Assembly (NCBI RefSeq): GCF_004376175.1
Contig: NZ_SNUY01000047.1
Location: 1-32,000 of the forward strand
DNA from: Halalkalibacterium halodurans
GTDB taxonomy: Bacteria; Bacillota; Bacilli; Bacillales; Bacillaceae_D
Reading direction: 5' to 3'
DNA length: 32,000 nt
The notes beneath the pieces are model-generated. The model saw nothing but the letters and a program-made list of their open reading frames with translations, did not search any database and was not told the DNA's origin. Shown one piece after another: positions 17,901 to 31,387 of the stretch. How positions within the stretch are numbered: position 1 is the stretch's first letter; each line of letters opens with the position of its first letter. A program made the translations under genes and the position numbers.

Positions 17901-19297
17901 ACGAAGAATGTGGTGTGTTTGCGATTTGGGGTCATGAAGATGCGGCACAAGTAGCTTATTACGGCTTGCACAGCCTCCAACATCGCGGGCAAGAAGGCGC
18001 TGGAATCGTTGTGACAGATGGCCATCAACTGTCGGTTCACAAAGGACTCGGTTTAGTTAATGATGTCTTTAATCCTGATATTTTTGATTCGTTAAAAGGG
18101 AAAGCAGCTGTCGGTCACGTTCGCTATGCGACGGCAGGAGGCGGGGGCTATGCTAACGTTCAGCCCCTTGTCTTCCGTTCACAGATTGGTAGCCTTGCGA
18201 TCGCCCATAACGGAAATCTCGTCAATGCGAACCATTTAAAAAATCAATTGGAGAATCAGGGAAGTATTTTTCAATCAACGTCCGATACAGAAGTGCTCGC
18301 CCATCTCATTAAGCGAAGCGGATATCACCATATTCGGGAGCAGTTGAAAAGCTCGCTCTCCATGCTTAAAGGAGCCTATGCCTTTGCGGTGATGACGGAA
18401 CGTGAGCTCATGGTCGCACTTGATCCGAATGGTTTGCGCCCCCTTTCCATCGGTCGATTGGGAGAAGCCTACGTCGTTGCCTCTGAAACATGTGCCTTTG
18501 ACGTCATCGGTGCTGAATATGTGCGTGAAGTGGAGCCTGGGGAGCTCGTGACGATTAACGACGACGGTCTTACGTCAGAGCGGTTTGTAGGCGAAGCGGC
18601 CCGTGCCATTTGTAGCATGGAGTATGTTTACTTCGCACGTCCTGATAGCAACGTGGACACGATCAATGTTCATACAGCTCGGAAAAATTTAGGGAAGCAA
18701 CTCGCGATTGAAGCTCCAGTAGAAGCAGATGTCGTGACGGGAGTACCTGATTCCAGTATCTCAGCGGCGATTGGTTATGCTGAGCAGTCAGGGATTCCGT
18801 ATGAGTTAGGCTTAATCAAAAATCGCTATGTAGGACGAACGTTTATTCAGCCGTCCCAAGCGTTGCGCGAACAAGGAGTCAAGATGAAGCTTTCCGCTGT
18901 ACGTGGAGTTGTGGAAGGAAAGCGTGTCGTTATGATTGATGACTCCATCGTACGTGGGACGACGAGCCGGCGAATTGTCAATATGCTGCGTGAAGCGGGA
19001 GCGAAAGAGGTGCATGTTCGCATTAGTGCGCCACCGATTAAGCATCCGTGCTTTTATGGGATCGATACGTCAACAAAAGAAGAGTTAATTGCAGCCACTC
19101 ATTCGATTGAAGAGATGCGCAAGCAAATGGGGGCAGACTCGTTATCCTTTTTAAGCTTAGAAGGTCTTGTCAAAGGGGTTGGCCGTTCAAATGAAGTGTC
19201 TTCATGCGGACAATGTTTAGCGTGCTTTACCGGGCAATACCCAACGGAAATTTATCCTGATACACTTCATCCACACGACAAGCTTTTACCGGTATAG
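17876..19297 (+). CDS. purF: amidophosphoribosyltransferase
   Basis: [19 protein letters not shown] has the same 11-residue propeptide plus catalytic Cys layout as B. subtilis PurF. SD AAAGGAG. 4Fe-4S cysteines are present ([21 protein letters not shown]). Confidence 0.95.
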   Translation: MFAEIKGLNEECGVFAIWGHEDAAQVAYYGLHSLQHRGQEGAGIVVTDGHQLSVHKGLGLVNDVFNPDIFDSLKGKAAVGHVRYATAGGGGYANVQPLVFRSQIGSLAIAHNGNLVNANHLKNQLENQGSIFQSTSDTEVLAHLIKRSGYHHIREQLKSSLSMLKGAYAFAVMTERELMVALDPNGLRPLSIGRLGEAYVVASETCAFDVIGAEYVREVEPGELVTINDDGLTSERFVGEAARAICSMEYVYFARPDSNVDTINVHTARKNLGKQLAIEAPVEADVVTGVPDSSISAAIGYAEQSGIPYELGLIKNRYVGRTFIQPSQALREQGVKMKLSAVRGVVEGKRVVMIDDSIVRGTTSRRIVNMLREAGAKEVHVRISAPPIKHPCFYGIDTSTKEELIAATHSIEEMRKQMGADSLSFLSLEGLVKGVGRSNEVSSCGQCLACFTGQYPTEIYPDTLHPHDKLLPV

Positions 19298-20910
<1,613 letters not shown>

Positions 20911-20924
20911 GGAGAGAGTCACAC

Positions 20925-23843
<2,919 letters not shown>

Positions 23844-23864
23844 CAAAATCACTCCTTATGTAAA

Positions 23865-23904
23865 GGGGGCTGAATCCTAATATTAGGATCTGCCCCCCTT
23901 TTTT
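23865..23904. terminator. bidirectional intrinsic terminator (pur operon on +, DUF2892 gene on -)
   Basis: GGGGGCTGAATCCTAAT/ATTAGGATCTGCCCCCC long GC-clamped hairpin followed by TTTTTT on the + strand. On the - strand only TTTA follows. Confidence 0.75.
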
Positions 23905-23905
23905 G

Positions 23906-24184
23906 TTACATGAAAGGCTTAGACTGCTCCTCGTCATGCTCACAATGTTCGCATTCTTCGTCAGCGTACTCATCGTAAAACCCATAGTCGTTGCGTTCAA
24001 GAAAATAGGTCATTGGGCAAAAGCGTGTGATTCCTTCGGCTGTTTTCATCGCACCTGCCATCGCTGTCATGATAAGGCAAGGGTGATTGGGCCGCTTTAC
24101 CATTCGAGCACTAGACCATGCGAGGGTCGTTAACCCGACCGTAATCCGTACTAAAGCATTTACTCTTCCGATATTTGGATACAT
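23906..24184 (-). CDS. DUF2892 (YgaP-like) small membrane protein with an acidic Cys/His-rich tail
   Basis: MYPNIGRVNALVRITVGL...EGITRFCPM resembles the DUF2892 pattern as I recall it. Start ATG 24184 is preceded by GGAGAGGAG, and the track start 24202 is that SD read as codons. Confidence 0.55.
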   Translation of the reverse strand: MYPNIGRVNALVRITVGLTTLAWSSARMVKRPNHPCLIMTAMAGAMKTAEGITRFCPMTYFLERNDYGFYDEYADEECEHCEHDEEQSKPFM

Positions 24185-24332
24185 GCTAGGACTCCTCTCC
24201 AATGGTCATCATTCTGTCAAAATATTTTCAATTAATTTGTAATAAATTTTCACATCTTTAATGAGTTAAACCATAAATATATGGTACGATAGGTTCAACA
24301 CAATCTTTTGCAAAGTTGGATGGGTGATGTGA

Positions 24333-26078
24333 ATGTGTGAACAAAAGTATCGCTGGACGAAAAAGCAAATTCGGCAACAGTTAGCTGTCGTTAGAGGGGA
24401 AATGGCTCCAACCCTTGTGTTAAAAAATGCAACGTATCTTAACAGTGTACGAGGCAAATGGCTTGATGCGAATATTTGGATTTATCAAGATCGCATCGTG
24501 TACGTGGGGCAAGACATGCCAGCAAAACTTGACGATGAAACGGAAGTGGTTGACTGTGGTCAACAAGTGATCGTCCCTGGTTATATTGAGCACCATGCCC
24601 ACCCGTTTCAATTATATAATCCCCACAGTTTTGCGAATTATGCGGCTGCGATGGGAACTACGACACTGATCAATGATAACTTAATGTTCTTTTTGGCGCT
24701 GGAAAAAAAGAAAGCGCTTTCTATGATTGAGTCATTAGATGAGCTCCCCTCTTCTATGTACTGGTGGTGCCGTTACGATCCGCAAACGGAAATGAATGAT
24801 GAAGAGGGGCATTTCTTAAATTCGAAAATCAAAGAGTGGCTTGAACATCCTTTGGTCGTACAAGGTGGAGAACTCACATCTTGGCCAAAAGTGATCACAG
24901 GGGATGACGGCATCCTCCATTGGATGCAGGAGACGAGACGGCTAAGAAAGCCCATCGAGGGTCATTTTCCTGGCGCTTCGGAAAAAACGTTGACGCAAAT
25001 GAGTTTGCTCGGAGTCACAAGCGATCATGAAGCAATGACAGGGGAAGAGGTCGTACGTCGGTTAGATCTCGGTTATATGACATCCCTTCGCCATTCATCG
25101 ATAAGATCGGATCTGGCAAAGATTCTCCGTGAAATGAAGGAGCTTGGCATTGATGACTTTAGTCGATGTATGCTGACAACCGATGGATCACCTCCATCCT
25201 TTTATGAGCAAGGAATCATGGATCGGCTGATTAAAATTGCCCTAGATGAAGGAATTCCACCGAAGGATGCGTATGGAATGGCCACATATTATGTTGCCAG
25301 ATATTACGGCTTGGACTATGAGCTCGGCATGATTGCACCAGGGCGTATAGCTCATCTGAACTTTTTAGAAAATGTATTTAATCCTGTTCCGACGTCTGTC
25401 CTTGCGAAAGGTCAATGGGTCGTGAGGGACGGACAAAGGTATGGTACCGATTCCGTATTTCCATGGGAAGACTTTGGGATGAAGCGTTTAACAATCGACT
25501 GGGACCTCTCGGTAGATGAGCTCCATTTTTCGATGCCGATGGGGATCGAGCTCGTCAACTCGGTCATCTTAAAGCCGTATCAAGTAAGCGTTGAAGCGAG
25601 CCGGGATACGCTTGCAGAAGACCATGATGAGTGTTTTTTCTTGCTGCTCGATAAGCATGGAAAGTGGAAGATTCCGACGATGATTAAAGGGTTTGCAAAA
25701 AAAGTATCTGGCCTTGCAAGTTCATTCTCAACAACTGGGGATATTATTTTAATTGGAAAATGTATACAAGATATGATTGTGGCTTTCAATGCGTTAAAAC
25801 AGCAAGGAGGCGGCATTGTCCTCGTTGAAAATGGAGAAATCACCAGCAACATTCCGTTAGAAATCATGGGACTCCTTTCATCGAAACCGATGGAAGAAGT
25901 GATGGAGGAAGAGAAAAAGTTCGTAAAAGCGCTAAGAGAAAGAGGGTATGAGCACGACGACCCGATTTACAGCCTCCTGTTTTTCTCTTCGACACATCTC
26001 CCGTATATCCGGGTGACCCAGAGGGGAATCTATGATGTTCATAAGAAAACAGTTCTCTTTCCTTCAATTATGCGTTAA
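24333..26078 (+). CDS. yerA: adenine deaminase-family amidohydrolase paralog (YerA-like), substrate unknown
   Basis: 581 aa, collinear with AdeC-type proteins. The metal-ligand positions are retained (EHHAHP, GGELTSW, IEGHFPG, SDHEA, TTDGS). Confidence 0.8.
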   Translation: MCEQKYRWTKKQIRQQLAVVRGEMAPTLVLKNATYLNSVRGKWLDANIWIYQDRIVYVGQDMPAKLDDETEVVDCGQQVIVPGYIEHHAHPFQLYNPHSFANYAAAMGTTTLINDNLMFFLALEKKKALSMIESLDELPSSMYWWCRYDPQTEMNDEEGHFLNSKIKEWLEHPLVVQGGELTSWPKVITGDDGILHWMQETRRLRKPIEGHFPGASEKTLTQMSLLGVTSDHEAMTGEEVVRRLDLGYMTSLRHSSIRSDLAKILREMKELGIDDFSRCMLTTDGSPPSFYEQGIMDRLIKIALDEGIPPKDAYGMATYYVARYYGLDYELGMIAPGRIAHLNFLENVFNPVPTSVLAKGQWVVRDGQRYGTDSVFPWEDFGMKRLTIDWDLSVDELHFSMPMGIELVNSVILKPYQVSVEASRDTLAEDHDECFFLLLDKHGKWKIPTMIKGFAKKVSGLASSFSTTGDIILIGKCIQDMIVAFNALKQQGGGIVLVENGEITSNIPLEIMGLLSSKPMEEVMEEEKKFVKALRERGYEHDDPIYSLLFFSSTHLPYIRVTQRGIYDVHKKTVLFPSIMR

Positions 26079-26232
26079 ACTATAAAAGGATACTTAGGTC
26101 CTTTTGGGGAGGAAACTGAGAAGCAAGGCGCCATGGACCTACTTGATGAAACGTTCGTATTCATCCTATGGCCCTTGCTTTTTGTGGTGAAGACGGCCAC
26201 CTATCACTTGAACGAACAAAGGGCGTGTCTCA

Positions 26233-27291
26233 ATGAAAAAAATAATCCTTTTGCTCTTTTTGCTTTCTGCCACTGTCGTGCTACTTGTTGGATGCGGAGG
26301 GGATGAAGAACTGGAGGCCCATGATAACGTGCCAATGAAAGAAGAGGGCGACGTTGAAGAAGCTTCGACCATTACTTACCCTCTTACAGGAGAAGTGGCG
26401 AAGGAACAAGTGAATAGGCGTGTAATCGGTGTGACGATTAACAATCATCCTGAAGCCCGTCCCCATTCAGGCATTCAGGCTGCCGACCTTGTTTACGAAG
26501 TTCTTTCTGAAGGTGAGGTAACCCGTTTGGTTGCTCTTTTTCACAGTGAATATCCAGAAAGGGTTGGTTCGGTGCGCAGTTCTAGACCGTACCATATTGA
26601 ACTTGTGCAAGGGTATGGTGGGCTTCTTGTAACACATGGGTGGAGTCCAGAAGCTGAGCAATTGCTCAAAGCTGGACGAGCCGATTACTTGAACGGATTA
26701 TTTCATGATGGCACACTTTTTCAACGTTCTCCTGACCGGAAAGCCCCTCACAATTCTTACATTACATTTGCAAACATTCAAAAAGGGTTAACCGATAAGG
26801 GATACACATTGGAGGGGGACGTGGCTCCTTTCCGCTTTTATGAGGAAGGGGCGGAAATGGAAGGGCTTGCGATTGATGAGCTGACGATCAATTATTTTGA
26901 TCGGAACCGCGTCACATACAGGATCCAGTCTGAATCGGGTGAGATGACCCGCTACAATGAGGAGCTGCAGACGATTGATCTGGACACACGGAAGCCTGTG
27001 GAAGTGTCCAACTTGTTTGTTGTGGAAACGGACCATCGGGTACTTGACGATCAAGGTCGACGTGAGATCAACTTGACATCTGGTGGAAGAGGTCTTCTTC
27101 TCCAAGGTGGCCGGCTGCAATTTGTTGAATGGAAAAATGAAAATGGACGAATCCTTCCTGTACAGAATGGAGAAATCGTGCCGTTTTTATCTGGACAAAC
27201 GTGGATCAATATTGTGCCAACATCACCTGGTTTAGATAAAATGGTAGAGTGGAACAATGATGAGAAAGGTGTGACCGATGATGCAAATTGA
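26233..27291 (+). CDS. yerB: DUF3048 lipoprotein (YerB-like)
   Basis: Signal peptide plus lipobox MKKIILLLFLLSATVVLLVGC. The remainder resembles the DUF3048 family. It has the same position as B. subtilis yerB. Confidence 0.75.
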   Translation: MKKIILLLFLLSATVVLLVGCGGDEELEAHDNVPMKEEGDVEEASTITYPLTGEVAKEQVNRRVIGVTINNHPEARPHSGIQAADLVYEVLSEGEVTRLVALFHSEYPERVGSVRSSRPYHIELVQGYGGLLVTHGWSPEAEQLLKAGRADYLNGLFHDGTLFQRSPDRKAPHNSYITFANIQKGLTDKGYTLEGDVAPFRFYEEGAEMEGLAIDELTINYFDRNRVTYRIQSESGEMTRYNEELQTIDLDTRKPVEVSNLFVVETDHRVLDDQGRREINLTSGGRGLLLQGGRLQFVEWKNENGRILPVQNGEIVPFLSGQTWINIVPTSPGLDKMVEWNNDEKGVTDDAN

Positions 27292-27583
27292 CAAATTAAG
27301 AGGCCGTGAATTGGATCAATTGTTCAAATCGATCCTGTCATTACGTGACTTAGAAGAATGCTATCAATTTTTCGATGATCTATGTACAATAAATGAAATT
27401 CAATCGTTAGCCCAACGTTTAGAAGTGGCGCGGATGCTTCGTGAAGGAGCCACTTATCATAAAATTGAAACAGAAACAGGGGCAAGTACAGCGACCATTT
27501 CTCGTGTTAAACGTTGCTTAAATTACGGTAACGACGGTTATAAAATGACGTTAGAACGAATCAAAGACGTTGAAGCTGAGTAA
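27278..27583 (+). CDS. yerC: TrpR-like YerC/YecD family protein
   Basis: 101 aa with RLEVARMLREGATYHKIETETGASTATISRVKRCL (TrpR-type HTH). Overlaps yerB by 14 nt. Confidence 0.78.
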   Translation: MMQIDKLRGRELDQLFKSILSLRDLEECYQFFDDLCTINEIQSLAQRLEVARMLREGATYHKIETETGASTATISRVKRCLNYGNDGYKMTLERIKDVEAE

Positions 27584-27620
27584 CAAATCCGCCATCTAAG
27601 GGATGGCGGGTTTGTTTTTT
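27582..27620 (+). terminator. intrinsic terminator after yerC
   Basis: AACAAATCCGCCATC-TAAGG-GATGGCGGGTTTGTT is a 15-bp stem with one G-U pair, followed by TTTT. Confidence 0.8.
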
Positions 27621-27659
27621 CGTTAAAGCCCTCGATTTAGTCATTGTTTAGGCCTAGAC

Positions 27660-27688
27660 TTGCAAAAGATTGTTAGTCATTTTATCAA
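27660..27688 (+). promoter_or_regulatory. candidate sigma-A promoter for adeC
   Basis: TTGCAA (27660-27665), 17-nt spacer, TATCAA (27683-27688). Confidence 0.35.
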
Positions 27689-27757
27689 GAGTGCTGATTT
27701 TTTTCATCGTTTTCGATACAATAGGAAAAATAAATTCGTGCAAGGACGTGGTAGTGG

Positions 27758-29515
27758 ATGACAGATCGATTGGAACGAAAACTTGCCATCGCGGCAAATC
27801 AAGATAAAGCGGATCTTCTTATCAAAAATGGCCAAATCGTCGACGTCTTTCAACTGGAGACATTTGAAGGAGACGTTGTCATTGCAGGCGGAGAAATCGT
27901 CGCCATTAGTGATCCAGGAACATATGAAGCCCACGAAGAGGTGGATGCAAAGGGGGCTTTCATTGCTCCAGCTTTTATTGATGGTCATGTTCATATCGAA
28001 TCCTCAATGGTAGCACCTGAGCAATTTGCCAAGGTTGTCGTACCTCACGGGGTCACAACCGTCATTGCAGACCCCCATGAAATTGCCAATGTGGCAGGTG
28101 TCCAAGGAGTCGAATATTTGCTTGATGCATCAGAGGGTATTCCGTTAGACGTAAAAATGATGGTGCCTTCATGCGTACCGGCGACTCCATTTGAACATAG
28201 CGGAGCACGGCTGACAGCAGAAGAAGTCGCCGAGCTTTTTCGCGATCCCCGCATTTTTGGCTTAGGGGAAGTGATGGACTACCCAGCCGTTTTAACTCGA
28301 GATCAAGAGATGATGGCCAAACTAAAGGCTGCTCATTCAGAAGGGCGCATCATCGATGGGCATGGCGCAGGTCTTGATTCGGTAGCCTTGAACGCATATA
28401 CAGCCGCAGGAATCAGCAACGATCATGAGGCTGTAACGCCAGAAGAAGCAAAGGCGCGGCTTCAGCGCGGGATGTATTTGCTCATCCGTGAAGGAACTGC
28501 GGCGAAAGACTTCGATGCCTTGATGAAAGCCATTACGCCTATGAACAGTCGCCGAGCTCTATTTGTGACCGACGATAAACATTTAGATGAGCTTGTGGAA
28601 GAAGGGAGCATCGACCATCATGTACGGAAAGCGATTCAAATTGGAGTCAACCCTTTGCAGGCGATTCAAATGGCGTCCCTCAACGCAGCGGAATGCTTTA
28701 AACTTGCGAAAAAAGGGGCAATAGCGCCAGGCTTTACGGCCGATTTACTGTTCATTGAAGATTTACAATCGTTGGCGATTACGCACGTATTTAAAAACGG
28801 CACATGTGTTGCAAAGAACGGTAAACTAATCGTTCCGATAAGGGAGACGGTTCAGCCGCCACAGCGACTGCTCGAAAGTGTCAATATGAAGCTGGTCACA
28901 AAGGAACAGCTCGAACTTTCGCTACAATCAGACGAGGAGGCGCATTTGATTCAAATTCAACCGGGCTCAATCGTGACAAAGCATATTCGGGAAAAAGTAG
29001 CGGTAAAGGATGGCGTGTTTATTCCTTCAGTCGCGAGGGATCAACTAAAGCTTGTTGTGGCGGAACGTCATCACAAGCGAGGGACCGTCGGTGTTGGTAT
29101 CGTAAAAGGGTTTGGCTTGACGAAAGGGGCGATTGCTACAACGGTTGCTCATGATTCCCATAACATCGTGGCGGTCGGGACGAACGACGAAGATCTATTA
29201 GCTGCCATCAAAGAGCTTGAAAATATCCAAGGTGGCATGACGATCGTAAAAGACGGAAAAGTGTTAGTCTCGTTGCCACTTACGATCGGCGGGTTAATGT
29301 CAGACCAGTCATACGATGTCATATGTGAACAATTAAAATCAGTTGATGCGGCGATTGGGGCACTCGGCTTTACCGGGGACTTTAATCCGTTCCTCACGTT
29401 ATCCTTCCTCGCCTTACCAGTCATTCCTGAAATTAAGCTGACAGATCAAGGGCTATTCGATGTGACTTCTTTTTCGTTTATTGACCAACAAGTGTATGCA
29501 GAGGAGACGAATTAA
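27758..29515 (+). CDS. adeC: adenine deaminase
   Basis: 585 aa with canonical motifs FIDGHVHIESS, GLGEVMDY, IDGHGAG, NDHEA, FVTDD. Confidence 0.9.
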   Translation: MTDRLERKLAIAANQDKADLLIKNGQIVDVFQLETFEGDVVIAGGEIVAISDPGTYEAHEEVDAKGAFIAPAFIDGHVHIESSMVAPEQFAKVVVPHGVTTVIADPHEIANVAGVQGVEYLLDASEGIPLDVKMMVPSCVPATPFEHSGARLTAEEVAELFRDPRIFGLGEVMDYPAVLTRDQEMMAKLKAAHSEGRIIDGHGAGLDSVALNAYTAAGISNDHEAVTPEEAKARLQRGMYLLIREGTAAKDFDALMKAITPMNSRRALFVTDDKHLDELVEEGSIDHHVRKAIQIGVNPLQAIQMASLNAAECFKLAKKGAIAPGFTADLLFIEDLQSLAITHVFKNGTCVAKNGKLIVPIRETVQPPQRLLESVNMKLVTKEQLELSLQSDEEAHLIQIQPGSIVTKHIREKVAVKDGVFIPSVARDQLKLVVAERHHKRGTVGVGIVKGFGLTKGAIATTVAHDSHNIVAVGTNDEDLLAAIKELENIQGGMTIVKDGKVLVSLPLTIGGLMSDQSYDVICEQLKSVDAAIGALGFTGDFNPFLTLSFLALPVIPEIKLTDQGLFDVTSFSFIDQQVYAEETN

Positions 29516-29522
29516 AGGATAA

Positions 29523-29559
29523 AGGGAGCAATCTTAGGAGTGCTCCCTATTTTCCTTTT
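29523..29559 (+). terminator. intrinsic terminator after adeC
   Basis: AGGGAGCA-10 nt-TGCTCCCT followed by ATTTTCCTTTT. Confidence 0.5.
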
Positions 29560-29643
29560 CCTTCATTTAATTTTCATGAATCGTGAAACCATCCATTCAT
29601 TGCTTACGTAGATTTAAAAAATACTCACAAAGGAGAAGTCAAC

Positions 29644-29820
29644 GTGTTTCTGTTCAATATGATCATAAGCGCTGTCGGCATTTTATTAATATTTGCAGTC
29701 CTGTTTGTTTTTATCGTTAGCTTGTTACAGAGTAAACAACATAAGTTTTCGTATATGATATTAATAATGGCCGTATTTTTTATCGTGTTGATCGTTCGAG
29801 ACACGATCCACTTTCTATGA
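29644..29820 (+). CDS. candidate 58-aa two-TM membrane protein (below the ORF-track size cutoff)
   Basis: AAAGGAG, 8 nt, GTG, then VFLFNMIISAVGILLIFAVLFVFIVSLLQSKQHKFSYMILIMAVFFIVLIVRDTIHFL and TGA. Two hydrophobic spans are separated by a basic loop. Confidence 0.4.
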   Translation: MFLFNMIISAVGILLIFAVLFVFIVSLLQSKQHKFSYMILIMAVFFIVLIVRDTIHFL

Positions 29821-29836
29821 ACTATGTGGAACCCCC

Positions 29837-29881
29837 TTGACTAAATGTAAAACACTTTATTATCATTATTAATAATGATAA
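29837..29881 (+). promoter_or_regulatory. sigma-A promoter with an overlapping perfect 22-bp palindrome (candidate operator)
   Basis: TTGACT (29837-29842), 18-nt spacer, TATCAT (29861-29866). TTATCATTATT|AATAATGATAA spans 29860-29881, covering the -10 and the start region. Confidence 0.5.
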
Positions 29882-29899
29882 AGGAGGCGGATCAAACCA

Positions 29900-30448
29900 G
29901 TGGCAAAGAAAAAGGCTGACTTGCTCCTTCATCCTGTGAGAATGCGGATCATTCAAGCGATAATGTCGAAAAAGCCAATGAGCCCATTAGAGCTTCTCGA
30001 GGTACTGCAGGATGTTCCACAAGCGACGTTATACCGACAAATCAAGGTTCTGGAAGACGCGGACATTTTACGTGTTGTGAGCACCCATAAACGGCGAGGG
30101 GCATTAGAGAAAGTATATGGGATTGACCAGGAAACATTGCATATCCTTGACGACGAGCTCGAACATACGACGAGGGAAGAGCATGTTCGTTATTATTTAA
30201 CATATCAAGCGAATGTGCTTCAAGAAGTAGAGGCATATGTGATGAGCAGGGACCCAAACCATTACAAAGAGGATGGGTTCGGCTACTGGCAGACACCTCT
30301 CCATCTAACGGAACAAGAACAGCAGGAGTTTGCAGAAAAGCTAGTCGAGCTTGTGCAGACTTATGCGCAAAACGAACCGAGGAGCGACCGAAATACGGTG
30401 ACGATGGCGACGACATTCGTTCCCCAAATAAAGGGAGAGTCATCCTAA
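29900..30448 (+). CDS. winged-helix (ArsR-like) transcriptional regulator with an about 100-aa C-terminal domain
   Basis: LLLHPVRMRIIQAI...MSPLELLEVLQDVPQATLYRQIKVLEDADILRVV is an ArsR/SmtB-type wHTH. There is no CxC metal site in the helix region. GTG start with AAGGAGG 12 nt upstream. Confidence 0.7.
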   Translation: MAKKKADLLLHPVRMRIIQAIMSKKPMSPLELLEVLQDVPQATLYRQIKVLEDADILRVVSTHKRRGALEKVYGIDQETLHILDDELEHTTREEHVRYYLTYQANVLQEVEAYVMSRDPNHYKEDGFGYWQTPLHLTEQEQQEFAEKLVELVQTYAQNEPRSDRNTVTMATTFVPQIKGESS

Positions 30449-30483
30449 AATGGTTCGCCTTGGTGGAATGGAGGCGATGGTCA

Positions 30484-30699
30484 ATGAATATAGCTGATGA
30501 TAGGCTGAAATATGTCCTTATTCTTCTTCTCGCAGGATTACAAGTTGGCGGCATTGTTATGGTGTTTATCAATCTCCGCATCGCGATGTTTTTATTTATT
30601 GGGTATGGATTGGCGTTGGTTTTACTAATTCTACTAATGGTATGGGAACGAAGAGAAGAAAAAAGGGAGGAACTTGACTATGATGATTGTGACTACTGA
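30484..30699 (+). CDS. small two-TM membrane protein with an acidic C-terminal tail
   Basis: MNIADDRLKYVLILLLAGLQVGGIVMVFINLRIAMFLFIGYGLALVLLILLMVWERREEKREELDYDDCDY. GGAGG lies 9 nt upstream of ATG 30484. The track start is TTG 30460. Confidence 0.5.
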   Translation: MNIADDRLKYVLILLLAGLQVGGIVMVFINLRIAMFLFIGYGLALVLLILLMVWERREEKREELDYDDCDY

Positions 30700-31000
30700 T
30701 CGGATTGATGGCTACAACGTAAATGAAGTGAAAGGATATGTGAAAGGAAGCACGGTACAAACGAAACATATCGGAAGAGATATTACCGCAGGATTAAAAG
30801 GATTAGTGGGCGGTGAAATCAAAGGATACAGCGAGATGATGGATGAAGCAAGGAAGCTTGCGATTCATCGAATGGTACAAGATGCGGAAGCAAAAGGAGC
30901 AAACGCAGTCATTGGTTTTCGTCTGCAAACCTCGACGGTGATGGCCAATGCAGCAGAAATCATTGCGTACGGAACGGCGGTTGAAGTGGAAAAAGAATAA
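30680..31000 (+). CDS. YbjQ/UPF0145 family protein (annotated in databases as putative heavy-metal-binding)
   Basis: MMIVTTDRIDGYNV...ANAVIGFRL...AYGTAV is the family pattern. AGGGAGG lies 9 nt upstream of ATG 30680. Overlaps the preceding ORF by 20 nt. Confidence 0.8.
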   Translation: MMIVTTDRIDGYNVNEVKGYVKGSTVQTKHIGRDITAGLKGLVGGEIKGYSEMMDEARKLAIHRMVQDAEAKGANAVIGFRLQTSTVMANAAEIIAYGTAVEVEKE

Positions 31001-31007
31001 ACGAGAT

Positions 31008-31039
31008 AAAAAATGAAATCATGTCGATTTCATTTTTTT
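31008..31039. terminator. bidirectional terminator between convergent genes
   Basis: AAAAAATGAAATC-ATGTC-GATTTCATTTTTTT, with an A-run and a T-run flanking an AT-rich stem. Confidence 0.65.
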
Positions 31040-31048
31040 CATGCTTTA

Positions 31049-31387
31049 TTAAGTAAACATTCTATTGAGAAGGTCTTGAACGTAAATAAAAACCGCCCAT
31101 GCGACCATACCGGCACAAAGGGAAACAATGAATGGTACCGAGTGTTTCGTAAGGAAGTAGACGATCAATAAAAGGAATCCTGTGGCGGGTAAACCGATAA
31201 GAACTCCTAACGTAAACTGGTTCATATTTGTCTCACTTTCCCCTTGAATGCTTAACCAAAACAAGCTTAACAAGCTAACAAGGGGAAGTGCGGCGATGAT
31301 CCCGCCATAGGTGGGAAGCCGGCGGCTAATCTCCGTAACAATGGCAATCACGAACCCTGATACAATCATTTTTAAGACGAAAAACAT
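31049..31387 (-). CDS. DUF3147 family membrane protein
   Basis: 112 aa with four TM segments, KMIVSGFVIAIVTEISRR...GGIIAALP. Confidence 0.7.
   Translation of the reverse strand: MFFVLKMIVSGFVIAIVTEISRRLPTYGGIIAALPLVSLLSLFWLSIQGESETNMNQFTLGVLIGLPATGFLLLIVYFLTKHSVPFIVSLCAGMVAWAVFIYVQDLLNRMFT

Noticed and set aside
26133-26306. 57-aa + strand ORF spanning the yerA-yerB gap and the yerB start
   Set aside because: The SD is weak (AAGG). It overlaps the well-supported yerB signal peptide out of frame, and its Cys-rich tail is the alternate reading of the lipoprotein leader.
30042-30581. 179-aa - strand ORF opposite the wHTH regulator
   Set aside because: It is an antisense shadow. The + strand genes have SDs, a promoter and recognisable folds, and this ORF has none.
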